Assembly (NCBI GenBank): GCA_001917135.1
Contig: MNTT01000008.1
Coordinates: 78,564-142,563 of the forward strand
Reading direction: 5' to 3'
DNA length: 64,000 bases
DNA from: Acetobacter sp. 46_36
GTDB taxonomy: Bacteria; Pseudomonadota; Alphaproteobacteria; RF32; CAG-239
In this document: piece after piece, positions 17,095 through 27,921 of the stretch
Layout: each line of letters begins with the position of its first letter
Numbering within the stretch: position 1 is the stretch's first letter
Position numbers and translations under genes: made by a program
Notes under the pieces: generated by a model
What the model saw: only the letters and a program-made list of their open reading frames with translations
Told to the model about the DNA's origin: nothing
Database searches by the model: none

Positions 17095-18168
17095 TTAAAG
17101 CTGCAATGCCTTAAAATCTTCATCCGTAAAAATATCAAAATCTCCATCTTCGGTATCGTCATTCCCCGCAATGCCATTCTCCGACGCACCATTATTCTCG
17201 GCACCATTATTCGCCGCACCATTCTCCGCTGCATCGCTCTTTTCGGTACCGTTCTTCTCCGCGCCATTACCCGTAGCATCATTCCCTGCCGCACCATTCT
17301 CCGCTGCGTCGCTCTTTTCGGTACCGTTCTTCTCCGCGCGATTACCCGCAGCATCATTCCCCGCTACACCATTATTCACCGCACTATTTTCCACAACATC
17401 ACTGCCCGAAAATAATACTTCGTCGGCCGGACCATCCGCATTATTTTCCTGCTGTTGATTTAAAAAGCTGGCCAGGCCGCCTGCTGAAGCCCCGCTTTTT
17501 TCCAGCATTTCTGTCTGATTTTGCAAAGCGGTGCCGCCGGAGCGCTGTTCAGCTTCAGAAGGCTCCTGCACTGGCACATTCTTCGCCCCGACCCGAGATT
17601 CATTCTCCGTTGCCTCAAGCGTCACCTTCCCGGGTTCAGCGGCTGTACCGACTGTTTTATCGGCAGAGGCGCCTTTCCGTTTAAACCCTTTCTTTCTTTT
17701 TTTCAAATCTTCTTTCGCCTGCTCGATTTTGACGTCCCTGTCGATTTTTTCATTATAATTTTCACTTTTCGGACGCGCAGCCTCTGCTTTTTCTTCTTCC
17801 ATCTTTTTCTTTGCCGCCGTTATTTCATCAATAACCGCCTGCGGAATATAATCCGTCTTCCCGCTCTCGACCGCTTTGGTTACAAATTCAAATTTCGCCG
17901 CCTTATACTTGGCCTCATACCAGGTCAGAATATCTTCCGGCTTAACGCCCTGGCTTATCGGGTAATACGCCGCCCCGCCCGCAACTGCACATAATAGAAA
18001 CAATACCCAAAACGGATGCCGCAAAATAAACAGCAGCATAAAAATCGGAAATGTAATAATGGTGAGGATAATATAAAAAAACTTAAATATCCCGCTTCTT
18101 TCTTTTGTTTCTGCCATAACACCCCTGCCTTTTTCCGGTCGGCATACAACCGCCGAAATGAATACCAT
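17095..18168 (-). CDS. Membrane protein with a Lys/Glu-rich linker and an acidic Asn/Gly/Ala-rich repetitive C-terminal tail (probable start at internal Met, about 18117)
   Basis: After the probable start (MAETKERSG...) come two TM helices. The C-terminus carries 25-aa tandem repeats (AENGAAGNDATGNGAEKNGTEKSDA) encoded by a 75-bp repeat. Confidence 0.5.
   Translation of the reverse strand: MVFISAVVCRPEKGRGVMAETKERSGIFKFFYIILTIITFPIFMLLFILRHPFWVLFLLCAVAGGAAYYPISQGVKPEDILTWYEAKYKAAKFEFVTKAVESGKTDYIPQAVIDEITAAKKKMEEEKAEAARPKSENYNEKIDRDVKIEQAKEDLKKRKKGFKRKGASADKTVGTAAEPGKVTLEATENESRVGAKNVPVQEPSEAEQRSGGTALQNQTEMLEKSGASAGGLASFLNQQQENNADGPADEVLFSGSDVVENSAVNNGVAGNDAAGNRAEKNGTEKSDAAENGAAGNDATGNGAEKNGTEKSDAAENGAANNGAENNGASENGIAGNDDTEDGDFDIFTDEDFKALQL
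17216..17365. repeat. 75-bp tandem direct repeat (2 units) within the 3' part of the 17095-18168 CDS
   Basis: Unit: gcaccattctccgctgc(a/g)tcgctcttttcggtaccgttcttctccgcgc(c/g)attacccg(t/c)agcatcattcc(c/c)(t/c)gc(c/t). The two copies are nearly identical. Confidence 0.8.
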
Positions 18169-18350
18169 TCACTCTTGAAGAGCCGATTACTGTCTCCGGC
18201 TCCTTCTTCCCCAATATAACGTTTTTTGCTTAAAACATCATTAACGCACATAAAAAAACGCCCTTGCCGATAACACTGTCCCCGCCCCTTGTGCCGCAGC
18301 AAAACGCAATAATGCAGTTTCAACAGTTGTACGCCTTGCCGGCCCGGATA

Positions 18351-19895
18351 TCATTCATCGGCAAAATGCCACTTGCCGTCAACACCGTCCTTAATGCATT
18401 TCCGCTTGTCAAACTCCGGTTTCAGCTGATAGACGGAACCGAAACGGGTCGCGTTATAATAGGCATTAATAATATCCCTGTCCACATAATGCACGACTTC
18501 CGGTCGGCCGCTCTCATCGGAAAATTTGTTAAAATAGCTTTTCCCGTAAACAAACTTCGGCCTGAGTTTCAATATCAGAGCGTTAATATCCGGTTTAGGC
18601 TTTATTCCCGTCGCATCGCCAACCACGTCAAGCTGGCCGATAAGCTGCCAATAATAAGCCGGATCTTTGCCAAACAGGTTATACATCATTCCGTCGCCGT
18701 TAAACACATAATCGCAAGGGCTGATATTGCGGGCAATATAGTCGGGAAGATATTTCCGTTCAGGCTGCATGGCAATAACCTCGCGCTGGAAAATAAGCGT
18801 ATTGTAGAAAACCCAATACAGCCCCGCAATCACCAGCCAGATAACCGCCCGGCATTTCCGCCGCAAAAGCCCCAAGGCCGGCACGCCGCACAGCGCCGCA
18901 AAATATACCAGCATCCAGAAATAATACGAATACGGCGAAAAATAAAACTTGCGCTGTACAAATTCCGTTACAAACAGCAACGCCAGAACTATCCAATAAC
19001 GGTTTTTGCAAACCACTGCCGCCGCCGCACCAAAAAATCCGAGCCACATCAACACTGCCATATACGGTGGAAAATCGACAATGCGGGTCATCTCAAACCC
19101 CTGCACCAAATTCAGATTAAACGTATAGTTTGAAGCATAATACAACGTCACCATATCATAGTAGCACAAATACCCCCAAAACGCCGCCGCACCGGCCAGA
19201 GGGAAAACCAGTGCCTTTGCCATATCCGCCGTTTTTATCGCCCTCTTATGCCAGAAATAAAGCCCGGTAACGCCCAAAACGGCCAGCGGGAACAACGCTT
19301 TCTGCGCAAACAAAAACGAAATGAAAAACCATGCAAACGCCGCAATCAGATGAAACGGCTTCTGCCCCTTCAGATACCTAAAGTAATAATAAATTCCCGC
19401 TGTCAGACAGAAAATCATATAATTGTCGGGGCGAAAATCAACTGCGTAAAGCTTATATCCCGGTGCGGCAATCACTGCCGCCGCTGCCAGCCCCCACAGT
19501 TTATCGCTTAAAAATTCAGCGCTGATACGATAAACATAAACCAGCGATTTCAAGAAGACCAACAGCGAAATCAGACAAACCACTTCCGTAACCGTCGCAT
19601 TATATGCAAACAGATTAACCAGCGGAGCAAACAAATACCACATCAGCGGATTATGATGCTGAAAAAAGTCGCGATACGGCACCTGCCCCTGCGCAATGAG
19701 AAAGCTTGAATGAATATGCTCGATATTATCGCCGTTCTGCGTCGGTACATGCGCCGTCATCATCGCATACAATACAGCCACGGCAATCAAGTCTGCCCAC
19801 AGTGCGGCCTCGGCTCCGTACTGCTTCCAATATGTTACGGCCTTGCCTATTCCGGCTTTGACCTTTTCCTTAAGTTCCATTCCCTGCTCCGTCAT
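18351..19895 (-). CDS. Polytopic membrane protein (about 12 TM), possible GT-C-fold glycosyltransferase
   Basis: 514-aa hydrophobic protein. An Asp/His-rich first extracytoplasmic loop (NGDNIEHIH...PYRDFFQHH) is reminiscent of ArnT/PMT-type lipid-linked-sugar transferases. The assignment is tentative. Confidence 0.3.
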   Translation of the reverse strand: MTEQGMELKEKVKAGIGKAVTYWKQYGAEAALWADLIAVAVLYAMMTAHVPTQNGDNIEHIHSSFLIAQGQVPYRDFFQHHNPLMWYLFAPLVNLFAYNATVTEVVCLISLLVFLKSLVYVYRISAEFLSDKLWGLAAAAVIAAPGYKLYAVDFRPDNYMIFCLTAGIYYYFRYLKGQKPFHLIAAFAWFFISFLFAQKALFPLAVLGVTGLYFWHKRAIKTADMAKALVFPLAGAAAFWGYLCYYDMVTLYYASNYTFNLNLVQGFEMTRIVDFPPYMAVLMWLGFFGAAAAVVCKNRYWIVLALLFVTEFVQRKFYFSPYSYYFWMLVYFAALCGVPALGLLRRKCRAVIWLVIAGLYWVFYNTLIFQREVIAMQPERKYLPDYIARNISPCDYVFNGDGMMYNLFGKDPAYYWQLIGQLDVVGDATGIKPKPDINALILKLRPKFVYGKSYFNKFSDESGRPEVVHYVDRDIINAYYNATRFGSVYQLKPEFDKRKCIKDGVDGKWHFADE

Positions 19896-20105
19896 TTTCT
19901 GTTTCCATTCCGGTTTTCCGGCACCGCCAAATACTGCTGTGTACTCTGCCCCGGCTTTCAGCTATTGTCAAGTGCCCCGTATTCCGCCTTCTTCAGATAC
20001 CGCAACGGGCAGAAACGCCTGTTCCTGCCCAATATGCCTTAATGCCGGCCATCAGAAAAAGCCGTCTTTTCGTGGTTGACTGCAGCCTTGCAACCGCCCG
20101 TCAGC

Positions 20106-22241
20106 TTACCGCCACTTCTTTACGGCCCTGATATTGCGCTGATAGGCCTCGCTCGATTCCATATCCTCAATATCGACAGGCAGCCGGCTCCGCCAGTTCG
20201 GATACTTGTCAATATCCGTTCCCGGCAGGTTCTGTACCTTCATCGACTGGAAAATGTCTTCCGGCTGCAACATAAAGACTTCGCTGTTCGTTTTCGACAT
20301 ATACGCATGAACCGCCTCTTCAATCCCTTCCGGATAACCGTCGCCATACAGATAATCGGATTTCCGCCATCTGTCTTCCGGCCAAACGCCCTCGCTGTCC
20401 AAAGCCTGCAGCAGCAAACGGCGTTCATGCTCACGCCAGCGGTAGCCCCCTTGAGCTTCCTCGTCCGTAAACAGCCCTAAATCTTTCATAATGCCGATTT
20501 CCGTACCATACCACCAGGCCTTGAGCGGCGGCATATCATGCGTTCCTACCGATGCAAAATATTTGCGCTCGTATTCGGACGGCGTTTTCAGCGTCCCGTT
20601 ATCGTCTTTTCTTTCTACCCACAAAACGCCCAGCGAATAGATGTTGCGTTCTGCCAGCATTTCTTTGAACCCGTCCGCAACATTGCCGATGCATTCGCCG
20701 ACCACCACGCATTTGTTCAAATAGCTCTCCAGCGCCAGAATATTGAACATATCCTTGACATTATAAGCCAGATAGGTTCCTTCATTGCCGTCGTCCGGAA
20801 TCAGATACAAACGCGACAATCCCATCACATGGTCGATTCTGACCGCACCGGCATAGCGCATATTCGCCCGCAGAATGCGGATAAACGGCTTGTAGCAGCG
20901 TTCCTTGAGCTCAAACGGATTAAACGCTCCCAGCATCCACTTTTGTCCGGTCGGAAAATAATTGTCCGGCGGAGCGCCCGCGCCGCTGCCCTGCATATAA
21001 AGATACTTGTCGCCCCAGACTTCGGCGCTGTCTTTGGAAACGCCGACCGGAAGGTCGCGGTACAGCCCGAGCGCAAGGTTGCGTTCCTTAATTTTTCGCT
21101 CCACCATTTTCAGTTGGCGGTCGGCTTCAAATTGCAAAAACTTAAAGAAATCGATTTCATACAGATGTTCCGCCGCAAACTTTTCCACGCCGCTGCCCAA
21201 AGAAGAACTCAACGCATCTTCCCAGTCTTTGGAAGCCTGATTGCAGACCTTGCTCTTTTCTTCGGAAATGGTCTGAAAAACCGCCAGCCGGTGCAGTTCG
21301 CCGGTATCCGCCGCCTTAAACGCCTCAAACTCTTTGTAATAATCCGTTCCCTCGTTCGCCTTGAGCCGTGCGAAAATATTGCGCAACGCCTTTATTTTGG
21401 CGTTATAAATTGCCGTATAGTCAATATTCTCCTTTTCCTTGGCAAACCAAATCGCCTGGCCGTCCTTGTCGCATTCCTCATAAAACGGAACTTTCTCAAC
21501 ATCAATATAAATCGGGTTCAAAAACAAACGGCTGGTCGAAGCATACGGACTGGCCGATTCCGGACAGTCGTGCAGCAAAACGTTCAGCGGATTAAGCCCG
21601 ATGACGTCGCCGCCGCTGTTGGCCAGAATATCCACCATGCTCTCCAAATCCGTAAAATCGCCGACACCCCAGTTCCGACGGCTCTTCAGCGAATAAAGCT
21701 GGATTGCAAAACCGAACAGTTTTCCCTTGCCTTTCGTATCAAGGCCGTAGCACTCTTTCGGCGCAATTGCCAGCAGCGTTTTGTACTCGCCGCGCGACGT
21801 TTTGATTTTAACGTCGTAATATCCCGGCGCCAGCCTGTCCTGCAACGCCGCCGCCAGCCGGACATACGCCGTATGCCCTTCCTCGCGCCGTTCCTGTTCC
21901 GAAAAATTCACTGCCAGACAGCTGAAATCTCCGTTCCCTTCCGGCGCATACGACACCTCGATTTCACCTTTCGCTTCGTCTTCGCTCAAAACGAGGTCAA
22001 AGCCCTGTTCGTCAACAGTCATGACATAGACGGATTCCGCCGCTTTTTGCCACCGTCTTTTTTCCAGACGCTCCAGCGATTTCCGGATTTCTTCGTCGTT
22101 TTTCGCTCCGTATCCCAAACTCTCAATAAAAAAGCGCAAAACGTCGTCGCCGACCACGCTGGTTTTAATTGTGCCGCAGCCATACGTGAAACTGGTGCTG
22201 ATTCCCAATTTCTCCGCAAGCTCCTTCAAAAGTTCATTCAT
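20106..22241 (-). CDS. malQ: 4-alpha-glucanotransferase (amylomaltase MalQ, GH77)
   Basis: 711 aa containing GH77-type segments (..GIMKDLGLF.., ..YLRPLYDALY.., ..DHVMGL..). Sits immediately downstream of glgX-glgB. Confidence 0.85.
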   Translation of the reverse strand: MNELLKELAEKLGISTSFTYGCGTIKTSVVGDDVLRFFIESLGYGAKNDEEIRKSLERLEKRRWQKAAESVYVMTVDEQGFDLVLSEDEAKGEIEVSYAPEGNGDFSCLAVNFSEQERREEGHTAYVRLAAALQDRLAPGYYDVKIKTSRGEYKTLLAIAPKECYGLDTKGKGKLFGFAIQLYSLKSRRNWGVGDFTDLESMVDILANSGGDVIGLNPLNVLLHDCPESASPYASTSRLFLNPIYIDVEKVPFYEECDKDGQAIWFAKEKENIDYTAIYNAKIKALRNIFARLKANEGTDYYKEFEAFKAADTGELHRLAVFQTISEEKSKVCNQASKDWEDALSSSLGSGVEKFAAEHLYEIDFFKFLQFEADRQLKMVERKIKERNLALGLYRDLPVGVSKDSAEVWGDKYLYMQGSGAGAPPDNYFPTGQKWMLGAFNPFELKERCYKPFIRILRANMRYAGAVRIDHVMGLSRLYLIPDDGNEGTYLAYNVKDMFNILALESYLNKCVVVGECIGNVADGFKEMLAERNIYSLGVLWVERKDDNGTLKTPSEYERKYFASVGTHDMPPLKAWWYGTEIGIMKDLGLFTDEEAQGGYRWREHERRLLLQALDSEGVWPEDRWRKSDYLYGDGYPEGIEEAVHAYMSKTNSEVFMLQPEDIFQSMKVQNLPGTDIDKYPNWRSRLPVDIEDMESSEAYQRNIRAVKKWR

Positions 22242-22251
22242 TATCGTCTCC

Positions 22252-24327
22252 CTACTTTTTTATCTCAAAACAAAGTACCGACCACGCCGGAACCCATATC
22301 TCCGCCCCCGCCGCAACATCGTCTGCCTCAAACCTGCCGGAGCTGTCCAATAATAAATTCCATTTATAGGATTTTTTGATATTTGGCAACTTCCATTTTA
22401 AGTTATTAGCATGCGCATTGAGGATGACCATAAACATTTTGTCGCGCGCTGCAACCATATACGACAAAGACTTCCGGCTGATTTGATACCAATCGCCGCT
22501 CGTAAACTCGCTGCCTTTTTCCGTAAACCACGCCAGGTCTTTAATTCCCTGTTTGTTGTCCGCCGCCGTGCCGGTAAAAAATCCCTTGCGGTTAAAAATC
22601 CCCATTTTCCGCCGCAGCCGGATAAGATTCTTCACAAACCGGACGTTTGCGATTTCCTCATTGCCGATGGCGTCCCAGACCATATATGAAATAATATTGT
22701 CCTGGCAGTAAGCATTGTTATTGCCGAACTGCGTATTCAGAAACTCGTCGCCGGAACGGATAATCGGCGTGCCGAAAGAAAGCAACAGCGTACTCATCAT
22801 CGCCCGCTGGCGCAGCTTGCGGTTTTCCGTAATTTCCTTGTTTTCCGTAAATCCCTCAACCCCGGAATTATAGCTCCAGTTTGCATCAGTCCCGTCCCGG
22901 TTGTCTTCGCCGTTCGCATAGTTATGCTTATGGTTGTAACTGACCAAATCGTTCAGCGTCATGCCGTCATGTACGGTCAGATAGTTAACCGTGCTCCATA
23001 TCGTTCTGCGGCTCGGACCAAAAATGTCGCTTGAACCGGAAAGGCGGCTTGCCAGTTCGCCGACCTGTCTCTCGTCTCCGCGCCAGAAACGCCGGGTAAC
23101 ATCGCGGTAACGGTCGTTCCACTCCATGCTGCCCGGCGGAAAAGCCCCGAGCTGATATCCGCCGATACCGACATCCCACGGTTCTGCCGCAATCTTGACC
23201 AGCTGCAGCACTTCGTCCTGACGCAGCGACATCAAAAAGCCGCTGCTCTGGCTGAACTCCTGTTTCACCCGCGCCAGCGACGTCGCCAAATCCAGGCGGA
23301 AGCCGTCCACATGCATCTCCTCCACCATATAGCGCATAGAGTCCATAACCAGCGTCAGCACATACGGGTTCTGCAAGTTAAACGAAGCCCCGCAGCCGGT
23401 ACTGTCATAATAGTAGCGTTTGTTAGTTCCGTCGAGCGTATAATAGCTCTCGTTGTCTATTCCGCGGTAACAAAGCGTCGGCCCCAGATGATTGCCTTCC
23501 AGCGTATGGTTGTACACCATATCCAGAATAACCTCCAGCCCGCTTTCGTGAAACCGCTTAACCATTTTCTTAAAATTGTTGATATCGGCACTGACCATAT
23601 AGCTCGGTTCCAAAGCAAAGAAGTTCAGTGTTTCGTATCCCCAGAAATTGTCTTTCAAACCGGCATTGCGTTCCGCCATAAAAGCATTGACAGGCATCAG
23701 TTCCACCGACGTTACGCCCAGCCATTTCAGATACCCGCAGACACTCCTGCTTGCCAGCCCCGAAAATGTGCCCCGCTTGGCATCCTGAACTTTGGGGTGC
23801 AGTTTGGTATACCCTTTGACATGCAATTCGTAAAATACCGTCTTTGCCGGGTCAACCTGCGGCGGAACATCGCCTTCCCAGTCAAAATCGCCGTTGTCCA
23901 CAACCACCGACTTCGGAACATACGGTGCACTGTCAAGCGTCGAAAACGACAAGTCTTTGTCCGGGCTTTCGGTATCATAACCGAAAATCGCCTTATGCCA
24001 GATGAGCCTGCCGATAAGTTTTTTCGCATACGGATCAATCAGCAGCTTGTTCGGATTGAACCGCCGCCCTTTTGCCGGCTCATACGGTCCGTAAACGCGG
24101 TAGCCGTAAACCTGTCCCGGCGTTACCCCTTCAAGGTAAATATGCCAGATGTTGTTTTCGCGCACCGGAAGTTCGTAGCGAGCCGTTTCCTTAACGCCGC
24201 TCTTGTCAAACAGGCACAGTTCGACCTTTGTTGCTCCCGCCGAAAACAGGGCAAAATTAACGCCCCATTCATCAACCGTTGCTCCCAACGGATACGCCCG
24301 TCCTTCCCATACTCTGATATCTGGCAT
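22252..24327 (-). CDS. glgX: Glycogen debranching enzyme GlgX (GH13 isoamylase-type)
   Basis: 691 aa. The N-terminus (WEGRAYPLGATVDEWGVNFALFSAGATKVELCLFD) is typical of GlgX. GH13 catalytic motifs are present (DGFRLDLATSL, EPWDVG). Confidence 0.9.
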   Translation of the reverse strand: MPDIRVWEGRAYPLGATVDEWGVNFALFSAGATKVELCLFDKSGVKETARYELPVRENNIWHIYLEGVTPGQVYGYRVYGPYEPAKGRRFNPNKLLIDPYAKKLIGRLIWHKAIFGYDTESPDKDLSFSTLDSAPYVPKSVVVDNGDFDWEGDVPPQVDPAKTVFYELHVKGYTKLHPKVQDAKRGTFSGLASRSVCGYLKWLGVTSVELMPVNAFMAERNAGLKDNFWGYETLNFFALEPSYMVSADINNFKKMVKRFHESGLEVILDMVYNHTLEGNHLGPTLCYRGIDNESYYTLDGTNKRYYYDSTGCGASFNLQNPYVLTLVMDSMRYMVEEMHVDGFRLDLATSLARVKQEFSQSSGFLMSLRQDEVLQLVKIAAEPWDVGIGGYQLGAFPPGSMEWNDRYRDVTRRFWRGDERQVGELASRLSGSSDIFGPSRRTIWSTVNYLTVHDGMTLNDLVSYNHKHNYANGEDNRDGTDANWSYNSGVEGFTENKEITENRKLRQRAMMSTLLLSFGTPIIRSGDEFLNTQFGNNNAYCQDNIISYMVWDAIGNEEIANVRFVKNLIRLRRKMGIFNRKGFFTGTAADNKQGIKDLAWFTEKGSEFTSGDWYQISRKSLSYMVAARDKMFMVILNAHANNLKWKLPNIKKSYKWNLLLDSSGRFEADDVAAGAEIWVPAWSVLCFEIKK

Positions 24328-24409
24328 TTGCCCTCCCGTATCTTTTCAAAAACATTCTTTCCGCCAGCCCCATAAATCGAAACCGGCGGAAAGAAAACCC
24401 GTCACCGGA

Positions 24410-26710
24410 TTAATACCTGATATGCTTCAACACAATAGTCGAAAGCGGCGGCAGCGTCAATTCAATCGAATGCGGGCGTCCGTGCATTCCTTCGTCAGAA
24501 GCAATCAGTTCGCCCTCGTTCTTAACGCCGCTTCCCCAGTAGTTCTTATCGTCGCTGTTAAAGATTTCCTGATAAGCGCCGCTGTCCGGAACGCCGATTT
24601 TAAACCCGTGCCGCACTACCGGCGTAAAGTTGCTGATAACAATCATATAGTTGTTGTAGTCATGGCCGCGGCGGATATAGGAAATCACGCTGTCGTTCGC
24701 ATTGGCATGGTCTATCCATTCAAACCCCTTGCCGTCAAAATCTTCTTCATAAAAGGCGGAATTGCCTTTGTACATCAGATTCAAATCCCGAACGCAGTTC
24801 TGCATTCCCTTATACATCGGATACTGCAAGAGATGCCACCTCAGGCTTTCATTGGCATTCCATTCCCAGTCCTGCCCGAATTCGCATCCCATAAACAAAA
24901 GTTTTTTGCCCGGATGCGTCCACATAAAGCCGTAATAAGCGCGAAGATTTGCAAACTTCTGCCACTCGTCTCCCGGCATTTTGCCCAGCATTGATCCTTT
25001 GCCGTGAACAACCTCGTCATGCGAAATCGGCAGGATAAAGTTTTCATTAAACGCATACAGCAGGCCAAACGTCAGTTTCCCGTGTTCGTACTTGCGGTAA
25101 ATCGGATCTTTGCTGATGTAGTTCAGCGTATCGTTCATCCAGCCCATGTTCCATTTATAGCCGAACCCGAGCCCGCCCATAGACGTCGGACGCGAAACCA
25201 TAGGCCATGCCGTCGATTCTTCTGCACAGGTCATAATCCCCGGGCAAGTGCCGTAACACAGTTCGTTCATCTTGCGAATAAATGCAATCGCTTCCAGGTT
25301 TTCATTACCGCCGTAGATATTCGGAATCCACTCGCCGGCCTTGCGCGAATAGTCCAGATACAGCATTGACGCCACCGCATCGACGCGCAGCCCGTCAATA
25401 TGATATTCTTTCAGCCAGTACAGTGCGCTGGAGCACAAAACGTTGCTGACTTCCGTTCTGCCGTAATTATAGATTTTCGTTCCCCAGTCTTTATGTTCTC
25501 CTTTGCGCGGGTCTGCATGTTCATACAGGTGTGTCCCGTCAAACTCAATCAGCCCGTGCCCGTCTTTCGGAAAATGCGCCGGAACCCAGTCCATAATCAC
25601 GCCGATATTCGCCTGGTGGAATTTGTCAATCATATATCTGAAGTCATCGGGCGTACCGAAACGCGATGTCGGCGCAAACAGCCCCGTAACCTGATATCCC
25701 CACGACCCGTCAAACGGGTGTTCGCATACCGGCAGAAATTCAACGTGCGTAAAGCCCATGTTCATCACATACGGCACCAGCGTATCGGCCAGCTCGCGAT
25801 AGGTCAAAAATTCCGAACCGTTTTCCCCTTTTCTGCGCCACGAACCGAGATGAACTTCATAAATGCTCGTCGGACGATCAAAGCTGTTATAAGCTTCGCG
25901 ATACTTCATCCACTCCCCGTCATTCCACTTGTAGTGGTTGAGGTCATAAACGACAGACGCCGTCTTCGGGCGTACTTCGGCATAAAATGCCATCGGGTCG
26001 CTTTTCGTCAGAATATAGCCTTCCTGCGTTTTAACTTCATACTTATAGAGTTCGCCCTCGCCGATATTCGGAATAAAGATATCCCATACGCCGCAGTTGT
26101 AATGTTTGCGCATAACGTTGACGCGGCCGTCCCAGTTGTTAAATGCACCGACAACCGATACCCGTTTCGCGTTCGGCGCCCAAACCGAAAAGCCGACGCC
26201 TTTCACCCCGTTGATTTCCATCAGGTGTGCACCCAGTTTTTTATAAAGGTCCAGATGGTTGCCTTCCGCAAACAGATACTCGTCTATATCGCCCAAAATA
26301 GACGGGAATGAGTAAATATCCTCTTCAACATACGTTTCGTTTTTATCATTGGTAATTTTAAATTTATGCGTAAAATTGTCCGTATTTGTAACCCCGAGGT
26401 TTATTTGGTAAAAACCTCTCTTGTCCAGCTTGGCCATCAGCCCGAGCGAATTGCCGTTTCCGTCCAGCAGTTCGATTGACCTTGTATTCGGCTTGTAAGC
26501 GCGGATATAAACTTCTTTGCTCCCCTTGTCCCGATGAATGCCCAACACAGCCATGACGTTTTCATAATCGCCGTTTATAATGCAGTCCATCTCTTTTTTT
26601 GAAAGTAAATTTTTCATATTCTCCCCGTTGCAGGAACTCAAAACCGCAAAGCTCTGCGGCTGTCCGTTATTCTCAGATTTGACAGTTTGTTTTTTAACTG
26701 TGTCGGCCAT
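24410..26710 (-). CDS. glgB: 1,4-alpha-glucan branching enzyme GlgB (GH13); probable true start at internal Met (about 26617)
   Basis: Carries a CBM48 region and GH13 motifs ([22 protein letters not shown]...). The 766-aa ORF includes about 31 extra N-terminal residues. Confidence 0.9.
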   Translation of the reverse strand: MADTVKKQTVKSENNGQPQSFAVLSSCNGENMKNLLSKKEMDCIINGDYENVMAVLGIHRDKGSKEVYIRAYKPNTRSIELLDGNGNSLGLMAKLDKRGFYQINLGVTNTDNFTHKFKITNDKNETYVEEDIYSFPSILGDIDEYLFAEGNHLDLYKKLGAHLMEINGVKGVGFSVWAPNAKRVSVVGAFNNWDGRVNVMRKHYNCGVWDIFIPNIGEGELYKYEVKTQEGYILTKSDPMAFYAEVRPKTASVVYDLNHYKWNDGEWMKYREAYNSFDRPTSIYEVHLGSWRRKGENGSEFLTYRELADTLVPYVMNMGFTHVEFLPVCEHPFDGSWGYQVTGLFAPTSRFGTPDDFRYMIDKFHQANIGVIMDWVPAHFPKDGHGLIEFDGTHLYEHADPRKGEHKDWGTKIYNYGRTEVSNVLCSSALYWLKEYHIDGLRVDAVASMLYLDYSRKAGEWIPNIYGGNENLEAIAFIRKMNELCYGTCPGIMTCAEESTAWPMVSRPTSMGGLGFGYKWNMGWMNDTLNYISKDPIYRKYEHGKLTFGLLYAFNENFILPISHDEVVHGKGSMLGKMPGDEWQKFANLRAYYGFMWTHPGKKLLFMGCEFGQDWEWNANESLRWHLLQYPMYKGMQNCVRDLNLMYKGNSAFYEEDFDGKGFEWIDHANANDSVISYIRRGHDYNNYMIVISNFTPVVRHGFKIGVPDSGAYQEIFNSDDKNYWGSGVKNEGELIASDEGMHGRPHSIELTLPPLSTIVLKHIRY

Positions 26711-27466
26711 AACTATAACTCCAAAATAAAAACAAAAAATAGGTTACGTTTTATGTATAAAAACAAAACAAATAAATTGCAAGAAAATTGTCATTCTTTT
26801 TTTACTTTTTCCGTCGGTATTTTTCTTTTAAAATCAATATGGTTATGTTTTAAAATGCATTTCCGGCAAACGGTATGGAAAAAAGTTTTTTTCCGTCTGT
26901 TTTCCGCCCCGTTTCGCCATACATTTTGTCTCTGTTTTTTTATTATTTTTCACTCCGTTTTTTTCGTGTTTTTTCTCCTGTTTTTTTATATCGTTTTCCC
27001 GGAACGTTTTTCGCGCTTTTCTTCTTCCCGGCCCTCGCCGCCTTGCAATCGGCAGCAGCCCCGCCGGATACAATTTTGCCGGTCTCGCCCGATATAATAT
27101 TTTTATTTGTTATTGCGAGATTTTTTGCACAAGAGTTTGAAAAAAAATTTTTTGTTTTTTTTATTGCGCCGCACATCGTTTTTTATGTTGTTTTTACTAC
27201 CATCCGCGCACACTCTGATAAAAATATTTTATATTTTATTTACAATAGGTTATCATAACTTAAAATTCCTTATAAAAACCACTTTTTATTGTGTTTTTTC
27301 AAGGCTTAAAAAAAAATTTTCTGCCCCCCTTTTTTTTAATCATTTTTTAATCTATTTATGTATATACAAACACTAACAACAAAAACGATGAAAATTCGTA
27401 TTTACAAAATAAAAATTATATTTATACTTAACCTTGTTTTATAACAAAATTATTTGGAGAATTGAA

Positions 27467-27685
27467 ATGACATTCAATGAAAATTTAATCAGAGAAGCTG
27501 CTTATTACAACTGGCAGAATGCCGGTTGCCCGTTTGGTCAGGACGAAAAGTTCTGGAACATGGCAATCGAACAGATTTACGGTTCCAAGGCTGCAAAGTC
27601 TTGCTGCAGCACTTCTTCTTCTTCCAAGAAGACAGCTTCTTCCAGCAAAAAGACTTCTTCTTCAAAGTCTAAATCCAAGAAGTAG
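27467..27685 (+). CDS. DUF2934-like small protein with a Ser/Lys-rich tail
   Basis: MTFNENLIREAAYYNWQNAGCPFGQDEKFWNMAIEQI matches the DUF2934 pattern (IRerAYxlWexxGrPxGrDxehWxxAE). An RBS (GGAGAA) lies 6 nt upstream. The longer track ORF (27434) lacks an RBS. Confidence 0.55.
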   Translation: MTFNENLIREAAYYNWQNAGCPFGQDEKFWNMAIEQIYGSKAAKSCCSTSSSSKKTASSSKKTSSSKSKSKK

Positions 27686-27706
27686 GATTTGCTGAAAAAA
27701 CAAAAG

Positions 27707-27731
27707 GCCACCTTGATTAAGGTGGTTTTTT
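27707..27731 (+). terminator. Rho-independent terminator
   Basis: Stem ccacctt - gatt - aaggtgg, followed by ttttttt. Confidence 0.8.
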
Positions 27732-27921
27732 TATGTCTTCTGATACCGGTCATTATCCCTACCACCAATCTCTCCTGCCTGCCTTCCGCCCTGTTTTCGC
27801 TCTTCTTTCCCTCTGCTGCCCTCGCTTCTTTTTTCTTTACCGAATTTTAAGCTCTGCCGCATAAAATAAAACATATAATACAAACCGCACAATCTGCAAC
27901 TTGGGGAGCAAAAGCCGTATA

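Noticed and set aside
17076-17458. ORFs 17076-17357 (-), 17080-17415 (+) and 17171-17458 (+), overlapping or antisense to the 75-bp repeat region
   Set aside because: They are artefacts of the repetitive sequence, which is open in several frames. The minus-strand frame that continues into the TM-containing N-terminal domain is the coherent one.
20538-22379. 613-aa + strand ORF antisense to malQ, plus similar antisense ORFs at 23311-24375 and 25400-26311 (versus glgX and glgB)
   Set aside because: All overlap well-supported glycogen genes on the opposite strand and have Arg/Phe-rich nonsense-like translations.
26687-27376. Several overlapping ORFs (26687-27097, 26875-27258, 27107-27376) in the T-rich region upstream of glgB
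   Set aside because: The region is AT/T-rich with long poly-T runs and is typical intergenic DNA. The peptides are Phe/Leu-rich with no RBS. It is more likely a promoter region for the divergent glgB operon and the DUF2934 gene.
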